A stretch of DNA of 64,000 nucleotides from an uncultured Parasphingorhabdus sp. (GTDB lineage: Bacteria; Pseudomonadota; Alphaproteobacteria; Sphingomonadales; Sphingomonadaceae): contig NZ_CAXBHH010000005.1 in assembly GCF_963975555.1 (NCBI RefSeq), positions 6,349 through 70,348 on the forward strand, in the 5' to 3' direction. The position numbers and the translations under genes were made by a program. Positions within the stretch are counted from its first letter, which is position 1. Each line of letters starts with the position of its first letter. The notes beneath the pieces are model-generated. The model did not search any database. It had not been told where the DNA came from and saw only the letters and a program-made list of their open reading frames with translations. This document shows, one piece after another, positions 10,006-20,260 of the stretch.

Positions 10006-11618
10006 TGGCCGTAAAATATGCCCAGCATAGCCGTTCGGCGAAAAAGGTAATGGCCGTTGGCGTCGTTGCCGCTCTCGCCCTGGCTCTGGCTGCCAACAAC
10101 GCGACGCCGTTGAACGCCCAGTCGGTCAACATATCGCAACCGGATAGCCGCATTTCTGTTGCGGTCGGTCGTGGCAAGTTGATCACCCTGCCGACATCGA
10201 TCGAAGATATTTTCATTGCCGATAATAACATCGCCGATGTCCAGGTACGGTCACCGCGCCAGATCTATATTTTCGGCAAAAAAGGCGGGCAGACCAGCTT
10301 TTATGCAACCAGTGCCTCTGGCAAAGTAGTCTACTCGGCCGAAGTCGCAGTTGGCGCAGAAATTTCCTCTATTGACCAGATGCTTAGCCTGGCAATGCCG
10401 GAAGCAAATATCGCTGTCAGCACGACCAATAATTTCGTGCTGCTAACCGGTACGATCGCTAATCCGGATGATGCCGAAGAAGCGGAAAATCTCGTACAGG
10501 CTTTTGTCGGCGATACCACCCGTGTGGTAAGCCGCCTGAAAACGGCAACACCGATGCAGGTCAACCTGAAGGTCCGCTTTGCCGAAGTCAGCCGCTCACT
10601 CGCGAAAGAGATTAACGGTAATGTTTTGACCCGCGATACAACCGGTGGCTTCCAATTTGGTGTGTCGCGCGGTCGCAACTTTGGTACGATCACCGATTTC
10701 ACATCCAACTTGCCTCAGCTCGACGCATCGCAGCTATTCGGCTTACCAGCAGGATCGGTCTCGCTTCCGTTCGATCCGGTAACGCAACAGTTCGTGACTG
10801 CGAGTGGCACCGCATTCAACTACACAAATGGTTCTGATTTGAACACCATTCAGGCAGCAGGCCGTTTGTTCGGCCTTGATATTGCAACCGCATTCGACGT
10901 TTCGGAGCGGGTTGGTCTGGTGAGCACCTTGGCATCACCGAACCTGACTGCAATTTCGGGTGAAACCGCAACTTTTCTGGCTGGCGGCGAGTTTCCCATT
11001 CCGGTTTCGACCGGACTGGGCGAAGTCTCGGTCGAGTATAAAAATTACGGTGTAAGCCTCTCCTATACCCCGACCGTGCTCTCGAACGGCCGTATTTCGA
11101 TCCGCGTCGCACCGGAAGTATCGGAAATAACGTCAAACGGGGCGGTTGTCCTTAACGGTTTCAGTATTCCCGCCGTATCAACGCGGCGTGCAGAGACCAC
11201 TGTCGAACTGGGGTCGGGCGAAAGCTTCATGATCGCCGGTCTGATGCAGAATAGCTACAACTCCGCCATCGACAAGACGCCAGGTCTTGCCGACGTTCCA
11301 ATTCTCGGTTCGTTGTTCAAGTCCGACGGCTATCGTCGCAATGAAACCGAGCTGATGATCGTGGTAACACCATATCTCGTGAAGCCGGTGAGCGACAACG
11401 AGATCGTGCTGCCTACCGACGGTTTCAAGGCCGCGAATGACGCAGAACGATTCCTGCTGAACCGCAACCATTCCGGCTCCGGTGGCGATCGACCCAAACC
11501 GAGCGTGGCTCCCACTGCCCCCGAAGGCCAGACTTTTGGCAGCCTGGAACCGCAGGCCCCCGCCAAATCGACCAAGAAATCCGGCAGCTCCGCTCCCGGT
11601 TTCAGCTTCGACAAATAA
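10005..11618 (+). CDS. cpaC: Tad secretin CpaC/RcpA
   Basis: QVNLKVRFAEV, PNLTAISGETATFLAGGEFPIP, PGLADVPILGSLFKS and ETELMIVVTP. Confidence 0.95.
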   Translation: MAVKYAQHSRSAKKVMAVGVVAALALALAANNATPLNAQSVNISQPDSRISVAVGRGKLITLPTSIEDIFIADNNIADVQVRSPRQIYIFGKKGGQTSFYATSASGKVVYSAEVAVGAEISSIDQMLSLAMPEANIAVSTTNNFVLLTGTIANPDDAEEAENLVQAFVGDTTRVVSRLKTATPMQVNLKVRFAEVSRSLAKEINGNVLTRDTTGGFQFGVSRGRNFGTITDFTSNLPQLDASQLFGLPAGSVSLPFDPVTQQFVTASGTAFNYTNGSDLNTIQAAGRLFGLDIATAFDVSERVGLVSTLASPNLTAISGETATFLAGGEFPIPVSTGLGEVSVEYKNYGVSLSYTPTVLSNGRISIRVAPEVSEITSNGAVVLNGFSIPAVSTRRAETTVELGSGESFMIAGLMQNSYNSAIDKTPGLADVPILGSLFKSDGYRRNETELMIVVTPYLVKPVSDNEIVLPTDGFKAANDAERFLLNRNHSGSGGDRPKPSVAPTAPEGQTFGSLEPQAPAKSTKKSGSSAPGFSFDK

Positions 11619-11639
11619 GCTCGATCAGGAGAACAGATC

Positions 11640-12239
11640 ATGCGCATCATTTCAATGGCACTTATCACCGCCCTCGGGCTCTCGGTCACAGCTTGTGGCA
11701 GCACCACCGCAAACCGCAGCGTTTATAGCGAACGCCAACCTGTCGTTTCGAAAGCAAACTATGTGCTGGACCTGAGCGCCGGCAATGGTGGATTATCATC
11801 AGCAGAGCAAAGCCGCCTCACCGGCTGGTTCGATGCCCTGGAACTCGGCTATGGTGATCGCGTAGCAATTGATGATCCAAACTATTCTACAAACCCCGTG
11901 GCAAAGGCCGCCGTGGAAGCCATTGTGGCTCGCTATGGCCTGCTGATCAGCGACACGGCGCCCATTACCGACGGCTATGTACCTGCCGGCTTGATGCGGG
12001 TTGTCGTATCGCGGACCTCTGCTTCGGTGCCCGGATGCCCTGATTTCAGCCACCGCAGCCACACCGATTTTCAGGTGCGCACCAGCGAAAATTACGGTTG
12101 CGGAACAAACAGCACCCTGTCGGCCATGATTGCCGATCCCGAAGACCTGGTCCGCGGCCAAAATAAGGCCGGGGAAGACCAGTCCCGTGCTTCCAAGGCT
12201 ATTCGCGCCTATCGTGACAAGAATGTTGGAGAACAATAA
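11640..12239 (+). CDS. cpaD: CpaD family pilus assembly lipoprotein
   Basis: Lipobox LSVTAC, PGCPD...NYGC...AMIADPEDLV. Position after cpaC. Confidence 0.9.
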   Translation: MRIISMALITALGLSVTACGSTTANRSVYSERQPVVSKANYVLDLSAGNGGLSSAEQSRLTGWFDALELGYGDRVAIDDPNYSTNPVAKAAVEAIVARYGLLISDTAPITDGYVPAGLMRVVVSRTSASVPGCPDFSHRSHTDFQVRTSENYGCGTNSTLSAMIADPEDLVRGQNKAGEDQSRASKAIRAYRDKNVGEQ

Positions 12240-13525
12240 TGAACGCTCCCTGGAAACCCGGCTCGAACAACGGACGTGATCCGTTTGCCGCATTTGTTTG
12301 CGATGAAGACACGCTGGATCTGCTCCGTCCGGTAGCCGAAGAAATGGGTTGGTCGACGGATAAATGCAACATGGGCGGACTGCGCAATGCCGTTCAAACC
12401 CTGTCCGTTTCCGCCAGCCCCAATATCTTGCTGGTCGATCTGTCAGAATCCGGCGATCCGTTAAACGACATCAATTCGCTGGCCGAAGTCTGCGAACCGG
12501 GCACCACTGTGATCGCCATGGGTCAGGTCAACGACGTGCGCCTCTACCGCGATTTAATTGTCAGCGGCTTGCAGGATTATCTCCTGAAACCGTTTACTCC
12601 GGACCAGTTACGTGACGTCTTGTCTCACGCACAAGCGGTCATTAACGCTCCGAAGGCCGAGGATTCACATGCTGAAAAGCCGCACATTTCGACGGCCGTA
12701 ATCGGCACGCGCGGCGGTGTCGGTGCGTCCACCATTGCAACGTCGCTGGCCTGGTTGCTCAGCCATGAAAAAGAGCGCTTGACCGCGTTGCTCGATCTGG
12801 ATGTCCATTTCGGTACCGGTGCGCTTTCGCTTGATCTCGAGCCTGGCCGCGGTCTAACCGATGCGATCGACAATCCAAGCCGGATCGATGGTCTGTTTAT
12901 CGAACGCGCCATGATCAAAGCCAATGATAAACTGTCACTGCTTTCTGCTGAAGCGCCTATCAACTCGCCGATGATGACCGATGGCACCGCCTTCTTCCAG
13001 TTGCAGGAAGAATTCCGCGCGGCCTTCGATTGCACGGTGATCGATCTGCCGCGTGACATGCTTATCAACTATCCACATCTTCTCGGCGATGTGAATGCGA
13101 CCGTTATCACGACGGAACTGACGCTGGCTTCGGCCCGGGACTGCATTCGTTTGCTGTCCTGGCTGAAATCCCATGCTGCGCAGAGCAAGGTCTATGTCGT
13201 CGCCAATAAAGTGCAAACCGCCAATCTGGAAATTAGTCGTCAGGATTTCGAAAGTTCCATCGAACGCAAGATCGATATTCTGGTCCCCTATGATATCCGA
13301 ACGGCAGCACAATCTGCCAAATTGGGTCAAGCACTGGTAGAAGCTGGAAAATCAAGCAAAGCTGCCGCGAAGATTGTCGAACTGACGAACCTTGTTCTGG
13401 GTTCAATCGAAGGTGACGAGGGCGACAGCGCCAGCGGCGACAAACGATCATTCATGGGCAAACTTGGCGAATTCAAGTCATTCCTCCCGTCGAAAAAAGT
13501 CAAGGAAGAGGCTCCTAAAGTCTGA
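12239..13525 (+). CDS. cpaE: CpaE/TadZ pilus localisation protein (receiver-like + MinD-type ATPase)
   Basis: N-terminal receiver-like domain, GTRGGVGAST deviant Walker A, DLDVHFG. Confidence 0.93.
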   Translation: MNAPWKPGSNNGRDPFAAFVCDEDTLDLLRPVAEEMGWSTDKCNMGGLRNAVQTLSVSASPNILLVDLSESGDPLNDINSLAEVCEPGTTVIAMGQVNDVRLYRDLIVSGLQDYLLKPFTPDQLRDVLSHAQAVINAPKAEDSHAEKPHISTAVIGTRGGVGASTIATSLAWLLSHEKERLTALLDLDVHFGTGALSLDLEPGRGLTDAIDNPSRIDGLFIERAMIKANDKLSLLSAEAPINSPMMTDGTAFFQLQEEFRAAFDCTVIDLPRDMLINYPHLLGDVNATVITTELTLASARDCIRLLSWLKSHAAQSKVYVVANKVQTANLEISRQDFESSIERKIDILVPYDIRTAAQSAKLGQALVEAGKSSKAAAKIVELTNLVLGSIEGDEGDSASGDKRSFMGKLGEFKSFLPSKKVKEEAPKV

Positions 13526-13565
13526 AGCAAGTGAAAATATTCTTCAGCTTAAAAGGAATTAGACT

Positions 13566-14537
13566 ATGGGTATAATGCAAATTGCAATGTTGAGTGCGGG
13601 TGTTTTGGCAGTTTTGCTGCTGATCATATTTGCATTTGCAGGCCCATCCGAGGCCAAGGCAAAGGCCAGACGACTAGATAAGGTCAAATATCGCCATTCT
13701 GGAAATGCCGATGTGCAGGTGGAAGCGCAAATGAAAAAGGCGCTCTCGGCACGGCGCAAGACTACACGCCCCAAGGGCGATACTATGACCAAGATGGAAA
13801 TCCTGGCGATCCGGCTGGAGAAAACCGGCAAAGGCTGGCCCTTGTCCTATTTTTTCTACGCGGTCGGCGGATTGTCTCTGGTGATGTTCGGATTGCTATT
13901 TTTCAAGGGTGCGCCGATCCTATTATGCATATCGATTGGACTACTCGTAGGCGCCGGCTTGCCGCATTTCGTCGTCGGTTTCCTGATCAAACGGCGGGTT
14001 GGCAAATTTACGGCTTCTTTCCCCGATGCCATCGAATTGCTCGTTCGCGGTCTACGTTCGGGCCTGCCGGTTACCGAAACAATCGGCGTGGTTGCCAAGG
14101 AAATTGGCGGACCTGTCGGCGAGGAATTCCAGAAGGTGGTCGACCGGATCAAGATTGGCCAGACCATGGAAGATGCGCTCGATGAAAGCGCCAAGCGCAT
14201 GGAAACGCCAGAATTCAAGTTTTTCTGTATCACCCTGGCGATTCAGCGTGAAACTGGCGGCAACCTCGCCGAGACATTGTCCAATCTTGCCGACGTGCTT
14301 CGCAAGCGCGGGCAGATGAAGCTCAAGATCAAGGCGATGTCGTCGGAATCCAAGGCTTCTGCCTATATCGTTGGGTCATTGCCGTTCATTGTGTTCGCAC
14401 TGGTTTACAGCGTGAACCCGACTTATCTGGCCGGCTTTTTCTATGAAGAGCGGTTGATTATCGCTGGCTTGGGTGGACTGACATGGATGAGCATCGGCGT
14501 GTTCATCATGGCCAAGATGGTCAGCTTCGAGATTTAA
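13566..14537 (+). CDS. tadB: Tad inner-membrane platform protein TadB
   Basis: FPDAIELLVRGLRSG, IQRETGGNLAE and MSSESKASA (T2SSF domain). Confidence 0.93.
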   Translation: MGIMQIAMLSAGVLAVLLLIIFAFAGPSEAKAKARRLDKVKYRHSGNADVQVEAQMKKALSARRKTTRPKGDTMTKMEILAIRLEKTGKGWPLSYFFYAVGGLSLVMFGLLFFKGAPILLCISIGLLVGAGLPHFVVGFLIKRRVGKFTASFPDAIELLVRGLRSGLPVTETIGVVAKEIGGPVGEEFQKVVDRIKIGQTMEDALDESAKRMETPEFKFFCITLAIQRETGGNLAETLSNLADVLRKRGQMKLKIKAMSSESKASAYIVGSLPFIVFALVYSVNPTYLAGFFYEERLIIAGLGGLTWMSIGVFIMAKMVSFEI

Positions 14538-14555
14538 GATGAAGGTGCAAGGCAA

Positions 14556-15545
14556 ATGACAACCGCAGGCGGACCAACATTAATGGGCGTAGACGTCCTG
14601 TGGGTGGCGACAATATTGTCTGCCGTTGCAGCAGCGGCAGTCTTCTTCGCAATCTATGCCGCTATCACCGTGCGCGATCCGATGGCGAAACGGGTCAAGG
14701 CGCTCAACCAGCGTCGTGAACAGCTCAAGGCCGGTATCACCGCCTCGACCACCAAGAAGCGTGCAAAGCTGGTACAACAGAGCGATACAACGGACCGCGT
14801 GCGCAATGCATTGTCATCGATGCAGGTGTTGCAGGATACGCAGGTCAAGGACGCACAACAGAAACTGGCGCAAGCCGGTATCCGTTCAAAGGATCTCGCC
14901 TTTGTCGTTATTTTCAGCCGACTTGTTTTACCGATCGTTCTGGGCGGCGGAGCGGCTCTGGCCATATATGGTTTCGATTATCTGGCAGACTGGTCGGACC
15001 TCAAGCGTTTCGGTGTGTTCGCCGGTGCTGCGATCTTGGGCTATAAAGGCGCTGATATTTATATCAACAACCTGATTGCCAAGCGGACCGACCTGGTCCG
15101 CAAAGGCCTGCCCGACGCTATCGATCTGCTCGTCATTTGTGCGGAAGCCGGACTGACGGTCGACACGGCCTTTGCGCGAGTTTCCAAAGAACTCGGAAGC
15201 GCCTATCCGGAGCTGGCCGACGAATTTTCGCTGACTTCCATCGAACTGGGCTTCCTTACCGAGCGACGTCAGGCGTTTGAAAATCTCGCCTATCGCGTAG
15301 CGCTTGACCATGTCAAAGGCGTGGTGACGACGATGATCCAGACCGAGAAATACGGTACGCCGCTAGCGTCCTCGCTGCGTGTGCTCTCGGCAGAATTCCG
15401 CAACGACCGGATGATGCGCGCCGAAGAAAAGGCGGCGCGCTTGCCGGCCATTATGACGATTCCGCTGATCCTGTTCATTCTGCCGGTACTTTTCATCGTG
15501 ATCCTTGGCCCCGCGGCCTGCTCGATCTCCGACGCGTTAATATAG
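14556..15545 (+). CDS. tadC: Tad inner-membrane platform protein TadC
   Basis: LPDAIDLLVICAEAGL, QTEKYGTP and AEEKAARLPAIMTIPL. Confidence 0.93.
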   Translation: MTTAGGPTLMGVDVLWVATILSAVAAAAVFFAIYAAITVRDPMAKRVKALNQRREQLKAGITASTTKKRAKLVQQSDTTDRVRNALSSMQVLQDTQVKDAQQKLAQAGIRSKDLAFVVIFSRLVLPIVLGGGAALAIYGFDYLADWSDLKRFGVFAGAAILGYKGADIYINNLIAKRTDLVRKGLPDAIDLLVICAEAGLTVDTAFARVSKELGSAYPELADEFSLTSIELGFLTERRQAFENLAYRVALDHVKGVVTTMIQTEKYGTPLASSLRVLSAEFRNDRMMRAEEKAARLPAIMTIPLILFILPVLFIVILGPAACSISDALI

Positions 15546-15571
15546 CGCGGAAACAGATCCACAAAATCAAG

Positions 15572-15599
15572 AGAGCGGCAGGCAACTGCCGCTCTTTTT
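15572..15599 (+). terminator. Rho-independent terminator after tadC (also faces the convergent marR)
   Basis: 10-bp stem AGAGCGGCAG-gcaa-CTGCCGCTCT followed by a T run. Confidence 0.85.
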
Positions 15600-16042
15600 C
15601 ATTCCGCTGCCAGAGTATCAGCCGATTGTTTTATCTTCGCAAGCATGGCGGATAGTTCGGCTTTTTCCTGAGCGGTGAGCACGGCCATGATTTTCTTTTC
15701 CATGGCCTGAGCGGCGGGCATGATCTTTTCGTAAAGATCGCGTCCCGTGGCGCTGAGCATCAGATGGTGGGAACGGCCATCGGCCGTATTGGGACTGCGA
15801 TCGAGCAATGCGCGGTCAACCAGATTTTTCACCGCACGATTGACGGTCACCTTATCCATCAACGTGGCTTCGACCAAATGCCTTTGGGTCGAGGCACCGC
15901 GCGCGCCAAGCACCGACATCACACGCCATTCGGGGATCTTGAGACCAAAGAGGCTCTTATACTCCCCCGCGATCACGTCGCTTACGACGTTGGAGGTCGT
16001 CGACAACTGGTAGGGCAGATAATCATCAAGTTTAAAGGTCAT
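15599..16042 (-). CDS. MarR family transcriptional regulator
   Basis: LDDYLPYQL, EWRVM, MDKVTVNRAVKNL and DGRSHHLMLSATG winged helix. Confidence 0.92.
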   Translation of the reverse strand: MTFKLDDYLPYQLSTTSNVVSDVIAGEYKSLFGLKIPEWRVMSVLGARGASTQRHLVEATLMDKVTVNRAVKNLVDRALLDRSPNTADGRSHHLMLSATGRDLYEKIMPAAQAMEKKIMAVLTAQEKAELSAMLAKIKQSADTLAAE

Positions 16043-16051
16043 AAGTAATAT

Positions 16052-18166
16052 TTATTCAATTTTGGCACGAAGTCCAACCCAAAATGTCCGGGGGAAGGCC
16101 CGTTCTATTATTCCATTGCTGTTGACCGCTGCCTCTACCCGCGCATCGAGAAGATTTTCAACCCGGGTTTCGACCAGCAGCCGATCGGTAACGGCCAGCG
16201 CCATCCGGCCATCTATCGTGAAGGCATCGGCGAGACTGAGGATATTCACGTCATCCTCATATTGTTGCCCGACATAGCGGGCCGACAGGCTGGCGCCGCT
16301 ACCATTTGCCGTTTCCCATCTGATAGAGCCGGACGCGTTATGCCGCGGGACCTGAGCCGGTCGAAAGCCATCGACCGCAGCGGCATCACCCGATCCGTCG
16401 ACCTCTGCATCGATAAAGGCATAAGCAGCACGGACGCTCAGGCCGTCGGCCAGTTCACCGAGATCAAACTCGGCGTCGATTTCAATACCCCTGGATTCTA
16501 TTGCATCGAGGTTCTGACGCTGGCTGTAGCTGCCATCTGCCGCAACAAACCCGACGCCGGGGAAGACGCCCGGACCATTGCCAAGCGTGACATTGGCGAT
16601 TGCATTGTCCAACTGGTTGTAGAAAGCAGTGATACCGAACTTTACCACGCCGCTTTCCCAGTCCAGCCCCAGCTCGGCCCCCTTGACCCGTTCCGGTTCC
16701 AGCAATTCATTGGCCGCCGTCGCATCCGAACCGACCCGAAAGGGCCGGAACAATTCGTTCAATGTCGGCAAGCGCCAGCCAAGATAGGCTGCTCCGCGCA
16801 GGCTGAGCTTTTTGGTTGCAGCAAAAGCAAAGCCACCGCGACCGGTAAATTCCGTGTCACTGCGATTGGCAAACATCTCGTCCGTCCGAACCGATCCCGG
16901 AAACGGATTGATCAGCTCGATCTCTTTGCGAAAGCCATTGTCGATCGACCAAAAATCAATACGTCCGCCACCGGTAAGAACCAGCGTGTCACTGGCCTGC
17001 AGGCTGGCTTCGACAAAGCCGCCATAGGTGGCGGTGCTGCCCCCCGCGCTGCGGCTGCGCTGCGGGGTGTCATCGTCGAGATAGAAGAAATTCTCGTTGG
17101 TTGTGCCTTCGGTGCGGCGCCAGTCGCCGCCGATCCGCAGTTCGACATTGTCACCAACCGGTGGCCGCACTTCAAAGCGCGCACCCAAGCCGGTCGACGG
17201 CACATTAAACTGCTCGAATACGCGACTTACCGAATTGCGATCATCCGCGACGCCGCCAAAGCTGACATCGAAATTGCGGATTTGCAAATAGGCCAGAGCC
17301 GACCATTGCCAGTCGGAGGTGCGGTCGACCAGCCGGATGCTGGCGTCAGCGCCGTCATTGTGATTTTCGCTAAAGGCAAAGCCGCGCTCGCGGTCGTCGG
17401 TAAAGGCGCGGACATTGCTCTGTAATTCAACATTGTCGGACAAGGGCGCGACAAAACGGACGGCAAGACCGGCCTGTTCATATTCCGCCGGGCGATCCAC
17501 CGAACCACGCTGCCCTTCGATGATCGGAATGAAGCCGTCGCCGCGCGCATAATTGGCGGAAATGGTGAGCTGCCCCTGCCCCAGTTCGCGGCCAAAAAGC
17601 AGATCGGCATCAACGCCGTTGCGGCTGCCATAAGCAGCGCCCAGTTCGATCCGGTCGCCGACATTGTCGCTGAACAGTTCGATGGTCCCGGCAATTGCGC
17701 CCTGACCGTCCGCTACGCTGCCGCCGCCACGGGTAATCCGGGCATTGGAAAGAGCCAGCGCATCATAGCCAGGCCATGCCACCCAGCCACCAAAAGGGTC
17801 CGCTTGCGGCACTCCGTCCAGCATCAGCAAGGCACGGGAAGAGGCATTGCCACCCAGTCCGCGCAGCGTAACGCCCTGACTGGTCGGATTGGCCGAGCGC
17901 GCGTCCGACCGGCGAAATTGTTGCAGTCCGGGCACGTCCCGCAATGCATTTTCGACAGTTTGTGACGAATCCATCTCGATTTCGGTCGCGTTATATACAC
18001 TATCGCCACGTGTAACGGGCAATCCGGTTACGACGATCTCCGGTAAACGCCGATCGGCGATGACGATCTGGCCTTCATCATTGCCGACTTGCTCCTGCCC
18101 CCGGGCAGGGACAGCCACCGACGCCATTGATACCAATAGCGGATAGGCCAAAACTGATTTTTTCAT
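16052..18166 (-). CDS. TonB-dependent receptor
   Basis: Signal peptide, EIVVTG TonB box, plug motif LRGLGG...ALLMLDGVP, barrel end VENLLD...PRTFWVGLRAK. Confidence 0.92.
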   Translation of the reverse strand: MKKSVLAYPLLVSMASVAVPARGQEQVGNDEGQIVIADRRLPEIVVTGLPVTRGDSVYNATEIEMDSSQTVENALRDVPGLQQFRRSDARSANPTSQGVTLRGLGGNASSRALLMLDGVPQADPFGGWVAWPGYDALALSNARITRGGGSVADGQGAIAGTIELFSDNVGDRIELGAAYGSRNGVDADLLFGRELGQGQLTISANYARGDGFIPIIEGQRGSVDRPAEYEQAGLAVRFVAPLSDNVELQSNVRAFTDDRERGFAFSENHNDGADASIRLVDRTSDWQWSALAYLQIRNFDVSFGGVADDRNSVSRVFEQFNVPSTGLGARFEVRPPVGDNVELRIGGDWRRTEGTTNENFFYLDDDTPQRSRSAGGSTATYGGFVEASLQASDTLVLTGGGRIDFWSIDNGFRKEIELINPFPGSVRTDEMFANRSDTEFTGRGGFAFAATKKLSLRGAAYLGWRLPTLNELFRPFRVGSDATAANELLEPERVKGAELGLDWESGVVKFGITAFYNQLDNAIANVTLGNGPGVFPGVGFVAADGSYSQRQNLDAIESRGIEIDAEFDLGELADGLSVRAAYAFIDAEVDGSGDAAAVDGFRPAQVPRHNASGSIRWETANGSGASLSARYVGQQYEDDVNILSLADAFTIDGRMALAVTDRLLVETRVENLLDARVEAAVNSNGIIERAFPRTFWVGLRAKIE

Positions 18167-18169
18167 GAT

Positions 18170-18580
18170 TTAATCGTGCATCCACTTCTGATGGACCGGC
18201 ATGTCGTCGGGAAGCCGGTGATAGTCCTGCGCGTCGCACGCGAAATTGGCGCTGCCTGCTTTACCGAAGACGCCCGGATCATCGAGCGTTCCGACCTTGA
18301 CGATCACGGCAACTTCAAAGCCCGGCGCGCGAGTGGCCAGATGGGTGCCGCAATCGGCACAAAATTCGCGCGTCACACCCTTTTCAAGGTCATCGCGCTT
18401 GAAGCCTTTCACAGCCCCTTTGGTGATCTCGTACCCGTCCGCCGGCATCGCCATCAGCAACAGACTGTTGCCACCGGTAGTATATTGGCATTCGCGGCAG
18501 AAACATTCTGCTTTCAACATCGGTTCGCCTTCGGCCTTGTAGCGCACCGCGCCGCAATAACATCCGCCTTCGATCGTCAT
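18170..18580 (-). CDS. GFA family (CENP-V-like) Zn-binding protein
   Basis: GGCYCG, CFCRECQ and FCADCGT motifs. Confidence 0.92.
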   Translation of the reverse strand: MTIEGGCYCGAVRYKAEGEPMLKAECFCRECQYTTGGNSLLLMAMPADGYEITKGAVKGFKRDDLEKGVTREFCADCGTHLATRAPGFEVAVIVKVGTLDDPGVFGKAGSANFACDAQDYHRLPDDMPVHQKWMHD

Positions 18581-18584
18581 TTCT

Positions 18585-19214
18585 CTATTCCTTCACAGCT
18601 TCGGGTGTGGCTTTCTGAAAAGCCTCGAGTAAATTACAAGATGCGTCGATCCGCACGAGTTTGGGGAATGCCGACAGATCGAGAGCGAACCGCCGCGCGT
18701 TGTACATTTGCGGCACGAGACAGACATCGGCGAGATTGGGTTGTTCGCCGCCGAACAGGCCGGATTCCGGTGCCATCGCCTCGAGAGCGACAAAGCCTTC
18801 TTCGATCCAGTGGCGATACCAAGTGTCGATGGCTCCCTGATCCTGTCCCAGTTCGTTCTTGAGATATTTCAATATCCGCAAGTTGTTCACAGGATGGATA
18901 TCGGCCGCGATGACCAGTGCTTGGGCGAGCGTGTTGGCCCGTTCCGCCGGATCACTGGAGACCATCGGCGGATCGGCATATTTTGCGTCGAGATAATCGA
19001 TAATCGCCAGCGACTGGGTCAGGTCATGCCCGTCAATCGACAGCATCGGCACAAAGCCTTGCGGGTTGCGCACAACATAGTCCGCGGCCTTGTGATCACC
19101 ATCCAGCAGGCTGGTGTTGATCGAAGTGTAGGAGACGCCCTTGAGGTTGAGCGCGATGCGCACCCGGTAGCTCGCCGAACTGCGCCAATAATCGTAGAGA
19201 ATGATATCGGTCAT
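18585..19214 (-). CDS. maiA: maleylacetoacetate isomerase (GST zeta)
   Basis: YWRSSASYRVRIALNLKG, NPQGFVP, DIHPVNNLRIL and LADVCLVPQMYNARRF. Start set at MTDII. Confidence 0.93.
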   Translation of the reverse strand: MTDIILYDYWRSSASYRVRIALNLKGVSYTSINTSLLDGDHKAADYVVRNPQGFVPMLSIDGHDLTQSLAIIDYLDAKYADPPMVSSDPAERANTLAQALVIAADIHPVNNLRILKYLKNELGQDQGAIDTWYRHWIEEGFVALEAMAPESGLFGGEQPNLADVCLVPQMYNARRFALDLSAFPKLVRIDASCNLLEAFQKATPEAVKE

Positions 19215-19261
19215 GCGCAGGCTTTGAAGATTCAACGGTTCAAATGCAAGCTTGGCTGCAA

Positions 19262-20260
19262 TTATCCTGTCGAACCGCCATCAATCGAAATTTCGCCTCG
19301 AGCCTCGATTTCCACCGGTCTGCCCGTCCGCCTGGCCAATTCTTCCAGCGGTACCGATTCCATCTTGTTCGCCACAGCCGGATGCACTTGCAGCCGCATC
19401 GCGCCAGTGCCACGATCGCGCTCCGCCTGGCGCAACAGTTGCAGCGCGGCGTTGACAGAACGGTTCCCCTGCATGATCTCGGGCACCGATGGCCGGAGCT
19501 TGCGGCTGACAACCTGCATGAAACCAAAGCCATTGATCGCCGTGCGTTCGCAATTGGCGGTCATATATTCGTCAAAAATAGCGGTGACAGCGGCGCGCTC
19601 CGCCTTGGCTTGCAAGGTCGGAAAATCCACCCCGATATTACCGGAGATATCGAACCGGACCAGCGCCAGAGCAATTTCTTTCGCCGCTCTTTTCGCCAGT
19701 TCGAATGGTGCCAGCGTTCCGTCGACGTCGAATAATGTCATCGCCGGAGTCAGCGAGACCAGCAGGCTCCCGCCCTCGAAATCGATCCGTCCGGTTTCGG
19801 CCTGCTCGACCGCTTCATGCCAGCCGTGCCGGGCAAAGACATCTTCATCATGGGCGTGAACCTGTTTGACGGGCAGTCCGCTCGCGTTGATCTCCGCCAG
19901 CAGGTCGGGACCATCGTTCAGGGAACCATCCGCGTCCGCCAGCCGCGCCTTGGCCCGTTTGTCCTGCCCGCCGCGTTCGGTCATCGCCGCCCGGACAATC
20001 TCCACCCGGACCGTCGATCCTTCGGTCAGGCCTTTGGGCAGTGGCTGCAACAGAGCTTCCTGCCCGTCGGGCAAGGTGACAATTCCCGATTTTCCGCTGA
20101 CCCATTGCCGGGTAAATTTTGCTTCGACCACTGCGCCCGCTCTGGCTCTGTCATCGGTCCGCTCGATCCGTATCTGGATCAGCTCGCCATTTTCCAGCCG
20201 CATCGCGCGGGTCTCGCCGATCCCCGCTTCGTAAAGCCAGCCGTTGGCAAAATCAGCCAA
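19262..20260 (-). CDS. short ribonuclease E/G-family protein
   Basis: S1-like N-terminus; LFDVDG and IGVDFPTL carry Asp residues equivalent to the RNase E/G catalytic pair; INGFGFMQVVSRK. Follows maf. Confidence 0.75.
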   Translation of the reverse strand: MADFANGWLYEAGIGETRAMRLENGELIQIRIERTDDRARAGAVVEAKFTRQWVSGKSGIVTLPDGQEALLQPLPKGLTEGSTVRVEIVRAAMTERGGQDKRAKARLADADGSLNDGPDLLAEINASGLPVKQVHAHDEDVFARHGWHEAVEQAETGRIDFEGGSLLVSLTPAMTLFDVDGTLAPFELAKRAAKEIALALVRFDISGNIGVDFPTLQAKAERAAVTAIFDEYMTANCERTAINGFGFMQVVSRKLRPSVPEIMQGNRSVNAALQLLRQAERDRGTGAMRLQVHPAVANKMESVPLEELARRTGRPVEIEARGEISIDGGSTG

